A stretch of 24,885 bases of DNA from Fibrobacteria bacterium (GTDB lineage: Bacteria; Fibrobacterota; Fibrobacteria; UBA11236): the NCBI GenBank assembly GCA_043732185.1, contig JAYTHY010000102.1, positions 1-24,885 of the forward strand, read 5' to 3'. Position numbers and translations under genes: made by a program. Every line of letters starts with the position of its first letter. The stretch's first letter is position 1. The notes beneath the pieces were generated by a model. The model was not told where the DNA came from. It was given only the letters and a program-made list of their open reading frames with translations, and searched no databases. Positions 1 through 8,201 of this stretch are shown here, in pieces.

Positions 1-1205
1 GATCTTCCCCTGGATTTGTCGACGCGGTAAAAGGGTTCAAAAATCGCTTCTAATTCCGCAGGCGGAATTCCTTGTCCAAAATCACGAATGGTGATCACGA
101 TTTGTTTTCCGATATCCGTCTGCCGATTTTCGAATTCGACCTCAATGGGTTTTGGTTGGTTGCCGGAGTATTTCAAACAATTCTCCAAGACGTTGCGGAC
201 GACAACGGCAATCCGATCCCCGTCGATATCCAGAACGCATGGTACTGTTGGAACCACGTACCGAATTCCAGGTGAAACCGCAGAATAATCTTCAATCACC
301 TGCTCCACCAGGGCCCCAAGATTTACAGCTTCAAGGTTTAGAACTCCCCTGGAGCTTTCCAAGCGAGCGGATTCTAGCAACTCATGGATCATTTTTTCCA
401 ATTCACGCACATTCTTTCGCGCAACGTCTCCAGAGGTTGCATCGCCAATTTCCAGGGCCAACTTGATACGGGTCAGCGGGGACCGCAGTTCATGGCTGAT
501 ATCGAGCAGCAACTGATCCTTGGAGCGTACCCCATCCCGCAAGCCCTTCAACATTAGGTTAAAGGATCGCCCGAGCTCGCCAAGTTCATCTGTACGCCGT
601 ATTGCTACTTGAACGTCCAGGTTACCCAAACTTGCTTCGGAAAATCCGGCATAGAGGTCTTCCAGTGGCAAGAAAAGGCGGCGAATGTACAGATAGCACA
701 GGAACAATACGAGCAGGATGCTCATAATCAACAAGGGGATATATTTTATCCAACCTTCATGCAGTGGCTCCTTTCCGAAAATGAAAGCGATGCGGGCGCC
801 GTCCTTTCGAGTCAAACCAAATCGATGCCGGTCCAATTGGCCGATACGGATCCCATCCATTCCGGAAACAGCAATGGAAGCGGAGTCCATTTTTGGAAAT
901 CCCGGAAATCGGGAAAATGTAGTCCACGTCGCCCGGGGGCCTTCCACAGCGAGATCCATTCCCCGCGTCTCGGAAAATTTTCTACCGGCAATGGAATCCA
1001 TGCCTGGATCCAATTCGGAGGCAAGCAGACGGATGAAGGTAGCCCGGGTAAGTTCCGAATAAGCATGGTGATTGACCTCCACTAGAAGCCTCATGAAGCC
1101 TGACAGCATTGCAAAAATGAGAATGCCGGAAACCAAATAGGCTGCCAGCATCTTGAGAAAAATGGAACGGCGGAAGCCCAGTGGCAGAAGCGTCTGCTTA
1201 AGCAT
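1..1205 (-). CDS. Membrane sensor histidine kinase (TM-periplasmic-TM-HAMP-HisKA-HATPase_c), EnvZ/CpxA-like; 3' end truncated by the window edge
   Basis: Translated by hand (not in the ORF track). ATG at 1205 overlaps the response regulator stop and gives MLKQTLLPLGFRRSIFLKMLAAYLVSGILIF (TM1). TM2 is YIPLLIMSILLVLFLCYLYI, HAMP is RRTDELGELGRSFNLM, the H-box is DISHELRSPLTRI and the G1/F boxes are IRDFGQGIP...IFEPFYRVDKSR at the window edge. Confidence 0.93.
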   Translation of the reverse strand, partial: MLKQTLLPLGFRRSIFLKMLAAYLVSGILIFAMLSGFMRLLVEVNHHAYSELTRATFIRLLASELDPGMDSIAGRKFSETRGMDLAVEGPRATWTTFSRFPGFPKMDSASIAVSGMDGIRIGQLDRHRFGLTRKDGARIAFIFGKEPLHEGWIKYIPLLIMSILLVLFLCYLYIRRLFLPLEDLYAGFSEASLGNLDVQVAIRRTDELGELGRSFNLMLKGLRDGVRSKDQLLLDISHELRSPLTRIKLALEIGDATSGDVARKNVRELEKMIHELLESARLESSRGVLNLEAVNLGALVEQVIEDYSAVSPGIRYVVPTVPCVLDIDGDRIAVVVRNVLENCLKYSGNQPKPIEVEFENRQTDIGKQIVITIRDFGQGIPPAELEAIFEPFYRVDKSRGR

Positions 1206-1905
1206 GGAAAGGCCCCGCAACTAAAAAAAGATAACCTTCTCCCCAAACAGTTTTAATGAAGCGTGGCTGGTGGGGATTGTCCCCGAGCTTGCTACGTAGG
1301 CGACCGACCACGACGTCGATGGTGCGATTCATAGCCTCCCATTCAATACCTTTGGTGCGCAGTGCTATAGTGTCGCGGCTCAAAATTTTTCCGGCGTTTT
1401 CGACAAGCAGCTCCAAAACCGAAAACTCCATACCCGTCAACTCCAAATTTCTGTCGCCCAGGAAAACCTGCTTGGTAGATGCATCCAAGGTTAAATCTCC
1501 GATACGTATGGGTCCAGCCTTTCGGGAAACATCCAATCGACGAAGCACGGATTGGATGCGTGCCACCAGTTCACTGGGTTCAAAAGGCTTCGGCAGGTAA
1601 TCATCCGCGCCCAGTTGCAATCCTTTGACCCTGTCCTGGACGTCGCCGCGCGCCGTGAGCATGATGATGGGAATACCGCTTCGAATCCGAATTTCCCGAC
1701 ACACCTCGAAACCGTCTTTGCCCGGCAGCATGACATCCAAGATTAGCAATGCCGGGTTCAGGCTTTCCACCAATCGGAAGGCGTCTTCCGGCCTGGTAGC
1801 GGAAACGACATGCCAACCAAAAGGTTTTAAATAAATTTTCAGTAGCGAATTCAGCTCCTCATCATCATCCAGTATCAGAATAACCGGCTGGATTGAGGAT
1901 TTCAC
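1198..1905 (-). CDS. OmpR/PhoB-family DNA-binding response regulator (CpxR/OmpR-like)
   Basis: Receiver motifs ILDDD, LILDVMLPGKDG, IMLTARG, DDYLPKPF; winged-helix C-terminus RTIDVVVGRLRSKL...IKTVWGEGY; GTG start; overlaps the kinase start. Confidence 0.95.
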   Translation of the reverse strand: MKSSIQPVILILDDDEELNSLLKIYLKPFGWHVVSATRPEDAFRLVESLNPALLILDVMLPGKDGFEVCREIRIRSGIPIIMLTARGDVQDRVKGLQLGADDYLPKPFEPSELVARIQSVLRRLDVSRKAGPIRIGDLTLDASTKQVFLGDRNLELTGMEFSVLELLVENAGKILSRDTIALRTKGIEWEAMNRTIDVVVGRLRSKLGDNPHQPRFIKTVWGEGYLFLVAGPFHA

Positions 1906-2014
1906 AGGCGTAAATTTCCCATGGAATGAAAGTACTACCTCACAGATGCGAATGCATCACCGGAATATCGAAATGCCTAACCCTAGGCTGATTTTCATTC
2001 CTGTTGGTGGTCGG

Positions 2015-2031
2015 TTTACATTCCATTTACA
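2015..2031. promoter_or_regulatory. Direct repeat TTTACA-N5-TTTACA (GTAAA-N6-GTAAA on minus), candidate CpxR/OmpR-type binding box
   Basis: Exact hexamer repeat with an 11-bp period in the divergent gap between the regulator and ndh. It resembles the CpxR box GTAAA-N5-GTAAA, with one extra spacer base. Confidence 0.5.
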
Positions 2032-2130
2032 ATAAATATTTCGCGATCATTTTTATAAATTATATTGGATCAAGTGAATGAATGATTCAATAAGTGGCCC
2101 TGTGCCGACCAAAATAGTACAGCTGAGTCG

Positions 2131-3423
2131 ATGAAACTTAAAGTCGTAATTATTGGAGCGGGATTTGGGGGATTAAAAGTCGCCCAGATTTTAGGCAAAT
2201 CGGAGCAATTGTCGGTTACGGTTTTGGATCGAAAAAATCATCATCTATTCCAGCCTCTGCTTTATCAGGTCGCGACTGCGGCCTTGAACCCATCTGACAT
2301 TGGTGTTCCCATTCGCCTCATTCTGGCAGAGTACGCGAATACCAAAGTTCATATGGAAAATGTATTGTCCGTTGCGTTAGCATCCAAATCCGTGAAAACC
2401 GATTCCAGTGTGCATCCCTTTGACGTGCTTGTAATGGCCTGCGGAGCCAGCCACAGTTATTTTGGTCGGGATGAATGGGAAGAGTTGGCTCCGGGATTAA
2501 AGACCATTGAACATGCTTTGGAAATGCGTCGGAGAATATTGTCGGTATTTGAACGCGCGGAAATGGAATCGGATGCGCTAGTGCAAGCAAGGCTGCTGAC
2601 CTTTGTGATTATAGGCGGTGGACCAACCGGTGTAGAACTAGCTGGCGCGGTTGCCGAATTAGCCAATTCCATTGTCACCAAGGAATTCCGAAATATTCGT
2701 CCAAATCAGCCGCGGGTTATACTGATTCAGGGTGGTGAACGTCTCATCCCCAGTTTTGCAGTTCAGCTTTCCGCGAATGCCAAGTTGGTTTTGGAGAAAA
2801 AAGGTGTAGAAGTGATTCTAAAGGAGCGTGTGGAGGAAATTACGCGTGAGGGTGTTAGGGTGGGTACAAGGTTTATTGGCAGCGAAACGATCCTGTGGGC
2901 GGCGGGAGTCAAGGCCTCATCCTTAAACAACAGCCTTGGTGCCAGCCAGGACAAGGACGGACGTGTTTTCGTAAACCCAGATTTAAGTTTACCCGGCCAC
3001 CCAAATGTATTTGTCTTGGGCGATCAAGCGCACTTCCCGGTTTTGGGAATTCCCTTGCCCGGACTGGCTCAAGTGGCCATACAGCAAGGAATTGCTACGG
3101 GAAAAAATATTCTTCGCGACCTTTCCGGTCAATCCAGGAAGAATTTCACCTTCAAAAACAAAGGGACCATGGCCGTTATTGGGCGTGCCAATGCCGTTGT
3201 TGAGATTCCCATTGGAAACCGGCATATGGCCAAATTGTCTGGTTATATCGGTTGGGGTATTTGGATTTTCGTCCACATCTTAACATTGATTGGATTTCGT
3301 AACCGAGCGGTTGTATTGCTGAACTGGGGCTGGTCTTATTTCACCTTTAAACGAGGCGCCAGACTCATTACTCAGCGAGGCTGGAAAGAAACGGAATCCA
3401 CTCCGTCCATGGAAGGAAATTAA
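2131..3423 (+). CDS. ndh: Type II NADH:quinone oxidoreductase (NDH-2), FAD-dependent
   Basis: Two Rossmann motifs (VVIIGAGFGG, FVIIGGGPTGVELAG), HHLFQPLLYQVATA, WAAGV, VFVLGD, LAQVAIQQG, KGTMAVIGR and a C-terminal membrane anchor WIFVHILTLIGFRNR. Confidence 0.93.
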   Translation: MKLKVVIIGAGFGGLKVAQILGKSEQLSVTVLDRKNHHLFQPLLYQVATAALNPSDIGVPIRLILAEYANTKVHMENVLSVALASKSVKTDSSVHPFDVLVMACGASHSYFGRDEWEELAPGLKTIEHALEMRRRILSVFERAEMESDALVQARLLTFVIIGGGPTGVELAGAVAELANSIVTKEFRNIRPNQPRVILIQGGERLIPSFAVQLSANAKLVLEKKGVEVILKERVEEITREGVRVGTRFIGSETILWAAGVKASSLNNSLGASQDKDGRVFVNPDLSLPGHPNVFVLGDQAHFPVLGIPLPGLAQVAIQQGIATGKNILRDLSGQSRKNFTFKNKGTMAVIGRANAVVEIPIGNRHMAKLSGYIGWGIWIFVHILTLIGFRNRAVVLLNWGWSYFTFKRGARLITQRGWKETESTPSMEGN

Positions 3424-3444
3424 CTCCGTCCATAGATGGAATTT
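3400..3444. repeat. Imperfect 23-bp-period tandem duplication; the second copy is a small hairpin between convergent genes
   Basis: ACTCCGTCCATGGAAGGAAATT (3400-3421) versus ACTCCGTCCATAGATGGAATTT (3423-3444), 19/22 identical. TCCGTC-CATA-GATGGA can pair. Confidence 0.6.
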
Positions 3445-3454
3445 GGATTCGAAA

Positions 3455-3982
3455 CTAGTGCCCGGGGTTGTCCGCTTTTTTTTCGGCAGCTTCTTCCTTG
3501 GCTTCCTTATTTTCGCGCTTCAAATCAGACTGGTTAGTCTTCCGATCCTTTTTGTCCCTTTTTAAATCCTTCTCATCACGTTTGATATCCGCTTTATCGG
3601 ATTTGATTTCAGCCTTATCTGCCCGGACTGCATTGTTGTCAACGGTTTCTACATGTTTGGATTTTGCGAGGTCCACTTGGTTATGTGTGACTTCGTGATT
3701 TGAAGAGCCGTCTTTCATTGACTTAGCTAATTCTCTTTCTTCGACTTCCCGATTCTCATGACTGGCTTCAGCGCTCTTTTTGTCTTTTTTAAGCTTGTGT
3801 TTATCCGCTTTCATCTCGGATTCAGCATTCTTAATGTCCTTGTGGTCATTCTTGACATCTACGCTATCTTTTTTGATTTGCGCGGATTCATGCACCGCAG
3901 TATTGTCGGCTTTTAGTTGGTTTAAAAAAAGGCCAGTGACCAAGGTCATCGTGGCTGCCGCTATTGAAGTTGCTTTATTCAT
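3455..3982 (-). CDS. Small secreted/periplasmic, highly charged heptad-repeat (coiled-coil) protein of unknown function
   Basis: ATG at 3982 is preceded by AAAGGA (preferred over TTG 3997). Signal-peptide-like start MNKATSIAAATMTLVTGLFLNQLKA. Heptads DKAEIKS-DKADIKR-DEKDLKR-DKKDRKT-NQSDLKR. Confidence 0.8.
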   Translation of the reverse strand: MNKATSIAAATMTLVTGLFLNQLKADNTAVHESAQIKKDSVDVKNDHKDIKNAESEMKADKHKLKKDKKSAEASHENREVEERELAKSMKDGSSNHEVTHNQVDLAKSKHVETVDNNAVRADKAEIKSDKADIKRDEKDLKRDKKDRKTNQSDLKRENKEAKEEAAEKKADNPGH

Positions 3983-4372
3983 AGACCGTCCTTTCAAGGG
4001 GGTTCGAATGGGATCTATGCTTTATTGAGGCTTGTAGCAAGAACTATATCATGTATTTACGTGGAATGAATATTAATCTTTCCCTCGCACGTGTGGAAAG
4101 CATATCTTCAGCGTATTGCACAAAAGGAGTTCCATGTACCATTTCCAATTCAATACGGTAACGGCTATTTCAGTTTTAATGATGGCTGCCTTGGCTTTTA
4201 TAACGACTCAACAATTCTGGAGAATGGCAAAGGATCCTAAGAAGTTTTCGGAACTAAAAAAGTGGAAGAATCGTAGGAAAAAATCAGCCTAAGTTTTCGA
4301 AGAAAATTGTGGGCGGTGTTTACAATTCAAGAATCTGATGGAAGTCGATCTTTTCCATATTACTGAAGGGCC

Positions 4373-4756
4373 ATGCAAATGTCAAACTCTGATTTTACAA
4401 TCCTTGTGGTCGACGACGAAAAATCAATTCGCGATTTGGCGGCTATGATTCTTGAACGCGAAGGCTATAATGTTTTACTTGCCGAACACAGCGATGATGC
4501 GTTGCTGGTTTTGGATGGATTTCCAAATGCGATCCATTTACTATTGACGGATCTCAAGATGGATCCTTATATGGACGGCTGTGAACTAGCTAAATGTATT
4601 CGGCTACTTCGACCGGAAATCGTGGTATTGTATATCTCCGGATTTACGGAAAACACCATGGTGCAGCAAGAAGTGGCGGCAGGGAAGGCCGTTTTTTTAT
4701 CCAAGCCTTTTTCGATTTTAGATTTTTTGGAAAAGGTAAAAGTTGTCCTGAAATAG
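4373..4756 (+). CDS. Single-domain response regulator (receiver only)
   Basis: ILVVDDE, LLLTDLKM (phospho-acceptor Asp), YISG and FLSKPF; no output domain. Confidence 0.92.
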   Translation: MQMSNSDFTILVVDDEKSIRDLAAMILEREGYNVLLAEHSDDALLVLDGFPNAIHLLLTDLKMDPYMDGCELAKCIRLLRPEIVVLYISGFTENTMVQQEVAAGKAVFLSKPFSILDFLEKVKVVLK

Positions 4757-4823
4757 ACCTTGTTTCTCGTTTGATATAAATCCTTATTCATTCGGAACAA
4801 AGTTTTAACAAAAACGGGGAAAC

Positions 4824-6425
4824 ATGAAAAAAATTAATCAGGATAAAATGTCAATTGCATCGTTGTTTGGCATGGCATTCATAATGAATATACTGCTCAT
4901 AAGTGAAGGTTTTGGCCGCGGTGCCATTGTAGGTGCAGTCTTTTCAGACACAACCAACCCCGGACAAGGGACTGGTTTATATGGAGCTGGAAAAGGGCCT
5001 TCACCCGTACTTTTGGGCAAGGCTGGTGATTATGTGATTTTGGCTAAGACCGGCATTTCCACCACCGGCGCAACAGTGATAACCGGAAATATTGGGGCGA
5101 GTCCGGTTGCGGCAAGTTATATCACCGGGTTTTCCTTGCTGGATCCGCCCAGCACCTATTCAAGTTCATCCATGGTAACGGGCAAGGTTTATGCTGCGGA
5201 CTATGATTCTCCGACGCCGTCGAATTTGACTGTAGCAGTGCTCGATATGGAGACTGCCTATAGCGATGCCGCAGGACGGGCTCCGGATTATACGGAACTC
5301 GGCGCAGGTAATATTGGAGGAATGACCTTAGCTCCCGCCACTTATAAATGGAGTACCAGTCTATTGATTGCAGCGGATGTTACGCTTTCCGGAGGGCCAC
5401 ATGATGTTTGGATTTTCCAGGTGGCGGGAAACCTAATGCAAAGCTCCGGCGTGAGAATAACCCTGCAGGGTGGTGCTTTGCCCAGGAATGTTTTTTGGCA
5501 AGTGGCAGGGGCATCCACCCATGAAACGACCTCCCATTTTGAAGGGGTTCTGCTGTCGCAAACCGCGATTATCCTTAAGACGGGCGCAACTTTCCACGGG
5601 AGACAGTTCGCTCAATCAGCAGTGGTTCTCGATGCCAATGTGGTCAAGCAGTCGGATATGTTAATTGAACCCGGAACCGCGACCCTTAAAGCCATAGTGA
5701 GGAAGGCTTCCGACAGCACCCTGGTTCTGAATTCGATCGTGGTATTGAGAAAAGGAGGCCTCCTGATCGACAGTTCTCGGGTGGATTCGATGGGCCAATG
5801 CACATTTTCCAATCTACCGATCGGTAATAACTATTCAATCGTCGCGAGTGCGGCTGCTTTTTTCCAAACCAGTTCACCGCTTGCTCTCCCCGCTGATTCG
5901 AACAAAGTTATTAACCTGTATCTGATTTTAAAAGTGGCCGGTACCTTGGGTGGTACGGTCAAAAATTCCCAAAATATTCCCATGACAAATGCCTTAGTCG
6001 TTTTAAGGCATAGTTCTATTGGTCCAATCATCGACAGTGGCAGGACCAATGCATCCGGTGTCTATATCTTTAACAACGTGGTCCCAGGTACTCCAAATTA
6101 TTGGATCACGGTAACTACGAGCCTTGGCACAGTCGTCAATGAAAATATCCAAGTCGCATCAGGAGGGACCTCTATTTCCGACTTCAAATTCGCACCCACT
6201 TCGTTATATCCAACCTTTTCCAATACCTCCGGAAAAATCCACTTCGTCCCGATGGGAGATCGGTTAGCCGTGGATTTAAAGGCTTCCGCTGCAAACCGAA
6301 CACTTTCGGTATTTGGAATGGAAGGTAGCATAAGGCTTCGGATTGCTGTTCCGGCGGGTCAAGCGCGGACTTTGGTTCCGGCTTCGCTTTCACCTGTCCA
6401 TGGCTATCGATTCGAGGTGAAGTGA
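4824..6425 (+). CDS. Secreted ice-binding-family protein (DUF3494) with two carboxypeptidase-regulatory-like/Ig-like domains and a short C-terminal domain
   Basis: Signal peptide followed by DUF3494 hallmarks PVLLGKAGDYVILAKTGIS, ITGNIGASP, AVLDMETAYSDAAGR, GGMTLAPATYKW, VWIFQVAG, NVFWQVAG, FEGVLLSQTAI, GRQFAQSAVVLD. Two related ~85-aa repeats follow (VVLR...IDS.R....G...F.N...G.NY). Confidence 0.9.
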   Translation: MKKINQDKMSIASLFGMAFIMNILLISEGFGRGAIVGAVFSDTTNPGQGTGLYGAGKGPSPVLLGKAGDYVILAKTGISTTGATVITGNIGASPVAASYITGFSLLDPPSTYSSSSMVTGKVYAADYDSPTPSNLTVAVLDMETAYSDAAGRAPDYTELGAGNIGGMTLAPATYKWSTSLLIAADVTLSGGPHDVWIFQVAGNLMQSSGVRITLQGGALPRNVFWQVAGASTHETTSHFEGVLLSQTAIILKTGATFHGRQFAQSAVVLDANVVKQSDMLIEPGTATLKAIVRKASDSTLVLNSIVVLRKGGLLIDSSRVDSMGQCTFSNLPIGNNYSIVASAAAFFQTSSPLALPADSNKVINLYLILKVAGTLGGTVKNSQNIPMTNALVVLRHSSIGPIIDSGRTNASGVYIFNNVVPGTPNYWITVTTSLGTVVNENIQVASGGTSISDFKFAPTSLYPTFSNTSGKIHFVPMGDRLAVDLKASAANRTLSVFGMEGSIRLRIAVPAGQARTLVPASLSPVHGYRFEVK

Positions 6426-6835
6426 TTCTCGGTTTCTTGACGTAACGGTTGACGACTGCATATCTATTCACAGCCTTGTTCGCGCACACAGCTTGCTATG
6501 CGGTTCATCCCTCAAGGGGAAACGCACCGCCCCACTTGCCAGAAAATGTTATTGGGTGCACGACCGGTAACATCGGAATAAGCTATCTGCATATCGAGCA
6601 CGGACTAAGCCAAATTTGCAGGCGTTGGTGAATCATAGTCTGCGGCATTCCATCAGACCTTAAAAGCTCAAGACATTCTTAAAAACGAATCCTTGTTTTC
6701 CGTTTTGGAGAATGCTTATTTAGGGGTAAGACGAAATATTATAAACCACTCTTCGATGGGGCTCATTTTGGAAAAAGCTATTTCAACAATCCGCCTATTC
6801 CTGTTTTGATGCTCCCATTAGAAAAATTGAGACTT

Positions 6836-8188
6836 ATGAAATCATCGGCCCAAAAAATCATTCTTTTTGTTGAAGGCGAAGATCCGATCGGAACCGGAAT
6901 CATAGACCACCTTTTCAAATACGGCTATGAATTGAAATCCGTGAGTACGCTCAAGGGCGCTACGGAAGCTATTGGGAGTCGGGACTTCCACGCTGTCCTC
7001 CTTAATGTGAACATGTCCGATGAAAAAGTCATGCCATGGATTTGCAAATTGAAGTGGACGCTTCCTGAATTGCCGATTTTCCTTATCGCAAAAGCCGATG
7101 ATATGCCGTCCGACCTGAAAGAGAAAATAGAGGTCGTGGCCGGGATATTGCTCAAGCCATTTGACCTACCTACCCTGGAAAATTTCCTGGAAAAATACTT
7201 CGGGAAAGGAGTTTCAGAGAAATTTGAAATCCCGGCGCCTGAGGCATCGAAGAAGGTCGGGCCAATTTTTGGGGAAGGCAAATCAATCGCCAAGGCATTG
7301 AAATATGTGGGGCTGGCCGCAACCAACCAATCCATAGTCTTGCTCTTGGGTGAAACCGGCGCCGGGAAAGGCGTTATTGCAAATTGGATCCATGAAAATG
7401 GTGACTGCAAGTCCGCGCCGTTTATTGAATTGAATTGTTCCAGTTTGAAAGGGTCGCTTATGCAAAGCGAATTGTTCGGCCATGCTAAAGGGGCGTTTAC
7501 TTCCGCCGTCAAGGACCGGGAAGGGCTGATTGAAATGGCAGATGGTGGAACCCTTTTCTTGGACGAGCTTGGCGATATGGACTTGGAGGTCCAAGCACAG
7601 TTGCTCAAAACCATTGAAGACAAGTGCTTCAGGCGTGTGGGTGAAAGCAAGGTGCGAAAAAGCAATTTCCGGCTGATCTGCGCGACCAACCACGACCTGG
7701 CTCAAGAAAGCCGGGAAAAGAAATTTAGGGCCGACCTGTTTTATCGCATCAATGTATTCCCGATTACGGTCCCGCCCTTGCGCGAGAGGACCGATGACCT
7801 GAAAAACCTCGCCTATTATTTTTTGAAAATGTTCAATTACAGGCAATTCCCACTTTCTGAGGAAATCATGGATTTACTCCAAGGCTATTCCTGGCCGGGG
7901 AATGTGCGTGAGTTAAGAAATGTCCTTGAACGCGCCTGTCTACTTGCTCAAGGCCAACCCTTAAAACCCGGCCATTTTCCTGATCTTGCCGCAATCTCGC
8001 CAGAGTTGAAAATCGATAACAATGAAATCGACAATCTCGAACTGGTCGAGAACCTCCATATCTTGAAGACCATGAAGAAATTCCACGGAGATAAAAGGAA
8101 CGCCAGTCATGCGCTCGGCATGTCGTTCTCCAACCTATATCGCAGGTTGAGTAAAATCGAGGAACCGCAATTGCAAATGTCTGCATAA
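6836..8188 (+). CDS. Sigma54-dependent enhancer-binding protein (NtrC/Fis family) with atypical receiver
   Basis: Walker A GETGAGKG, SELFGHAKGAFTSA, Walker B LFLDELG, FRADLFYRIN, SWPGNVRELRN and a Fis-type HTH ASHALGMSFSNLYRRL. ATG 6836 chosen; the ORF extends to TTG 6806. Confidence 0.93.
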   Translation: MKSSAQKIILFVEGEDPIGTGIIDHLFKYGYELKSVSTLKGATEAIGSRDFHAVLLNVNMSDEKVMPWICKLKWTLPELPIFLIAKADDMPSDLKEKIEVVAGILLKPFDLPTLENFLEKYFGKGVSEKFEIPAPEASKKVGPIFGEGKSIAKALKYVGLAATNQSIVLLLGETGAGKGVIANWIHENGDCKSAPFIELNCSSLKGSLMQSELFGHAKGAFTSAVKDREGLIEMADGGTLFLDELGDMDLEVQAQLLKTIEDKCFRRVGESKVRKSNFRLICATNHDLAQESREKKFRADLFYRINVFPITVPPLRERTDDLKNLAYYFLKMFNYRQFPLSEEIMDLLQGYSWPGNVRELRNVLERACLLAQGQPLKPGHFPDLAAISPELKIDNNEIDNLELVENLHILKTMKKFHGDKRNASHALGMSFSNLYRRLSKIEEPQLQMSA

Positions 8189-8201
8189 GGCATCCTCGGA
8201 A

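Noticed and set aside
72..1085. Plus-strand ORFs (67-158 aa)
   Set aside because: Antisense shadows of the histidine kinase that runs off the window on the minus strand.
4036..4051. TGATATAGTTCTTGCT upstream of the heptad-repeat gene
   Set aside because: Spacing is right, but the invariant GG at -24 reads GA.
6925..7846. Long minus-strand ORFs (254 and 187 aa)
   Set aside because: Antisense to the well-supported sigma54 activator, with no recognisable motifs.
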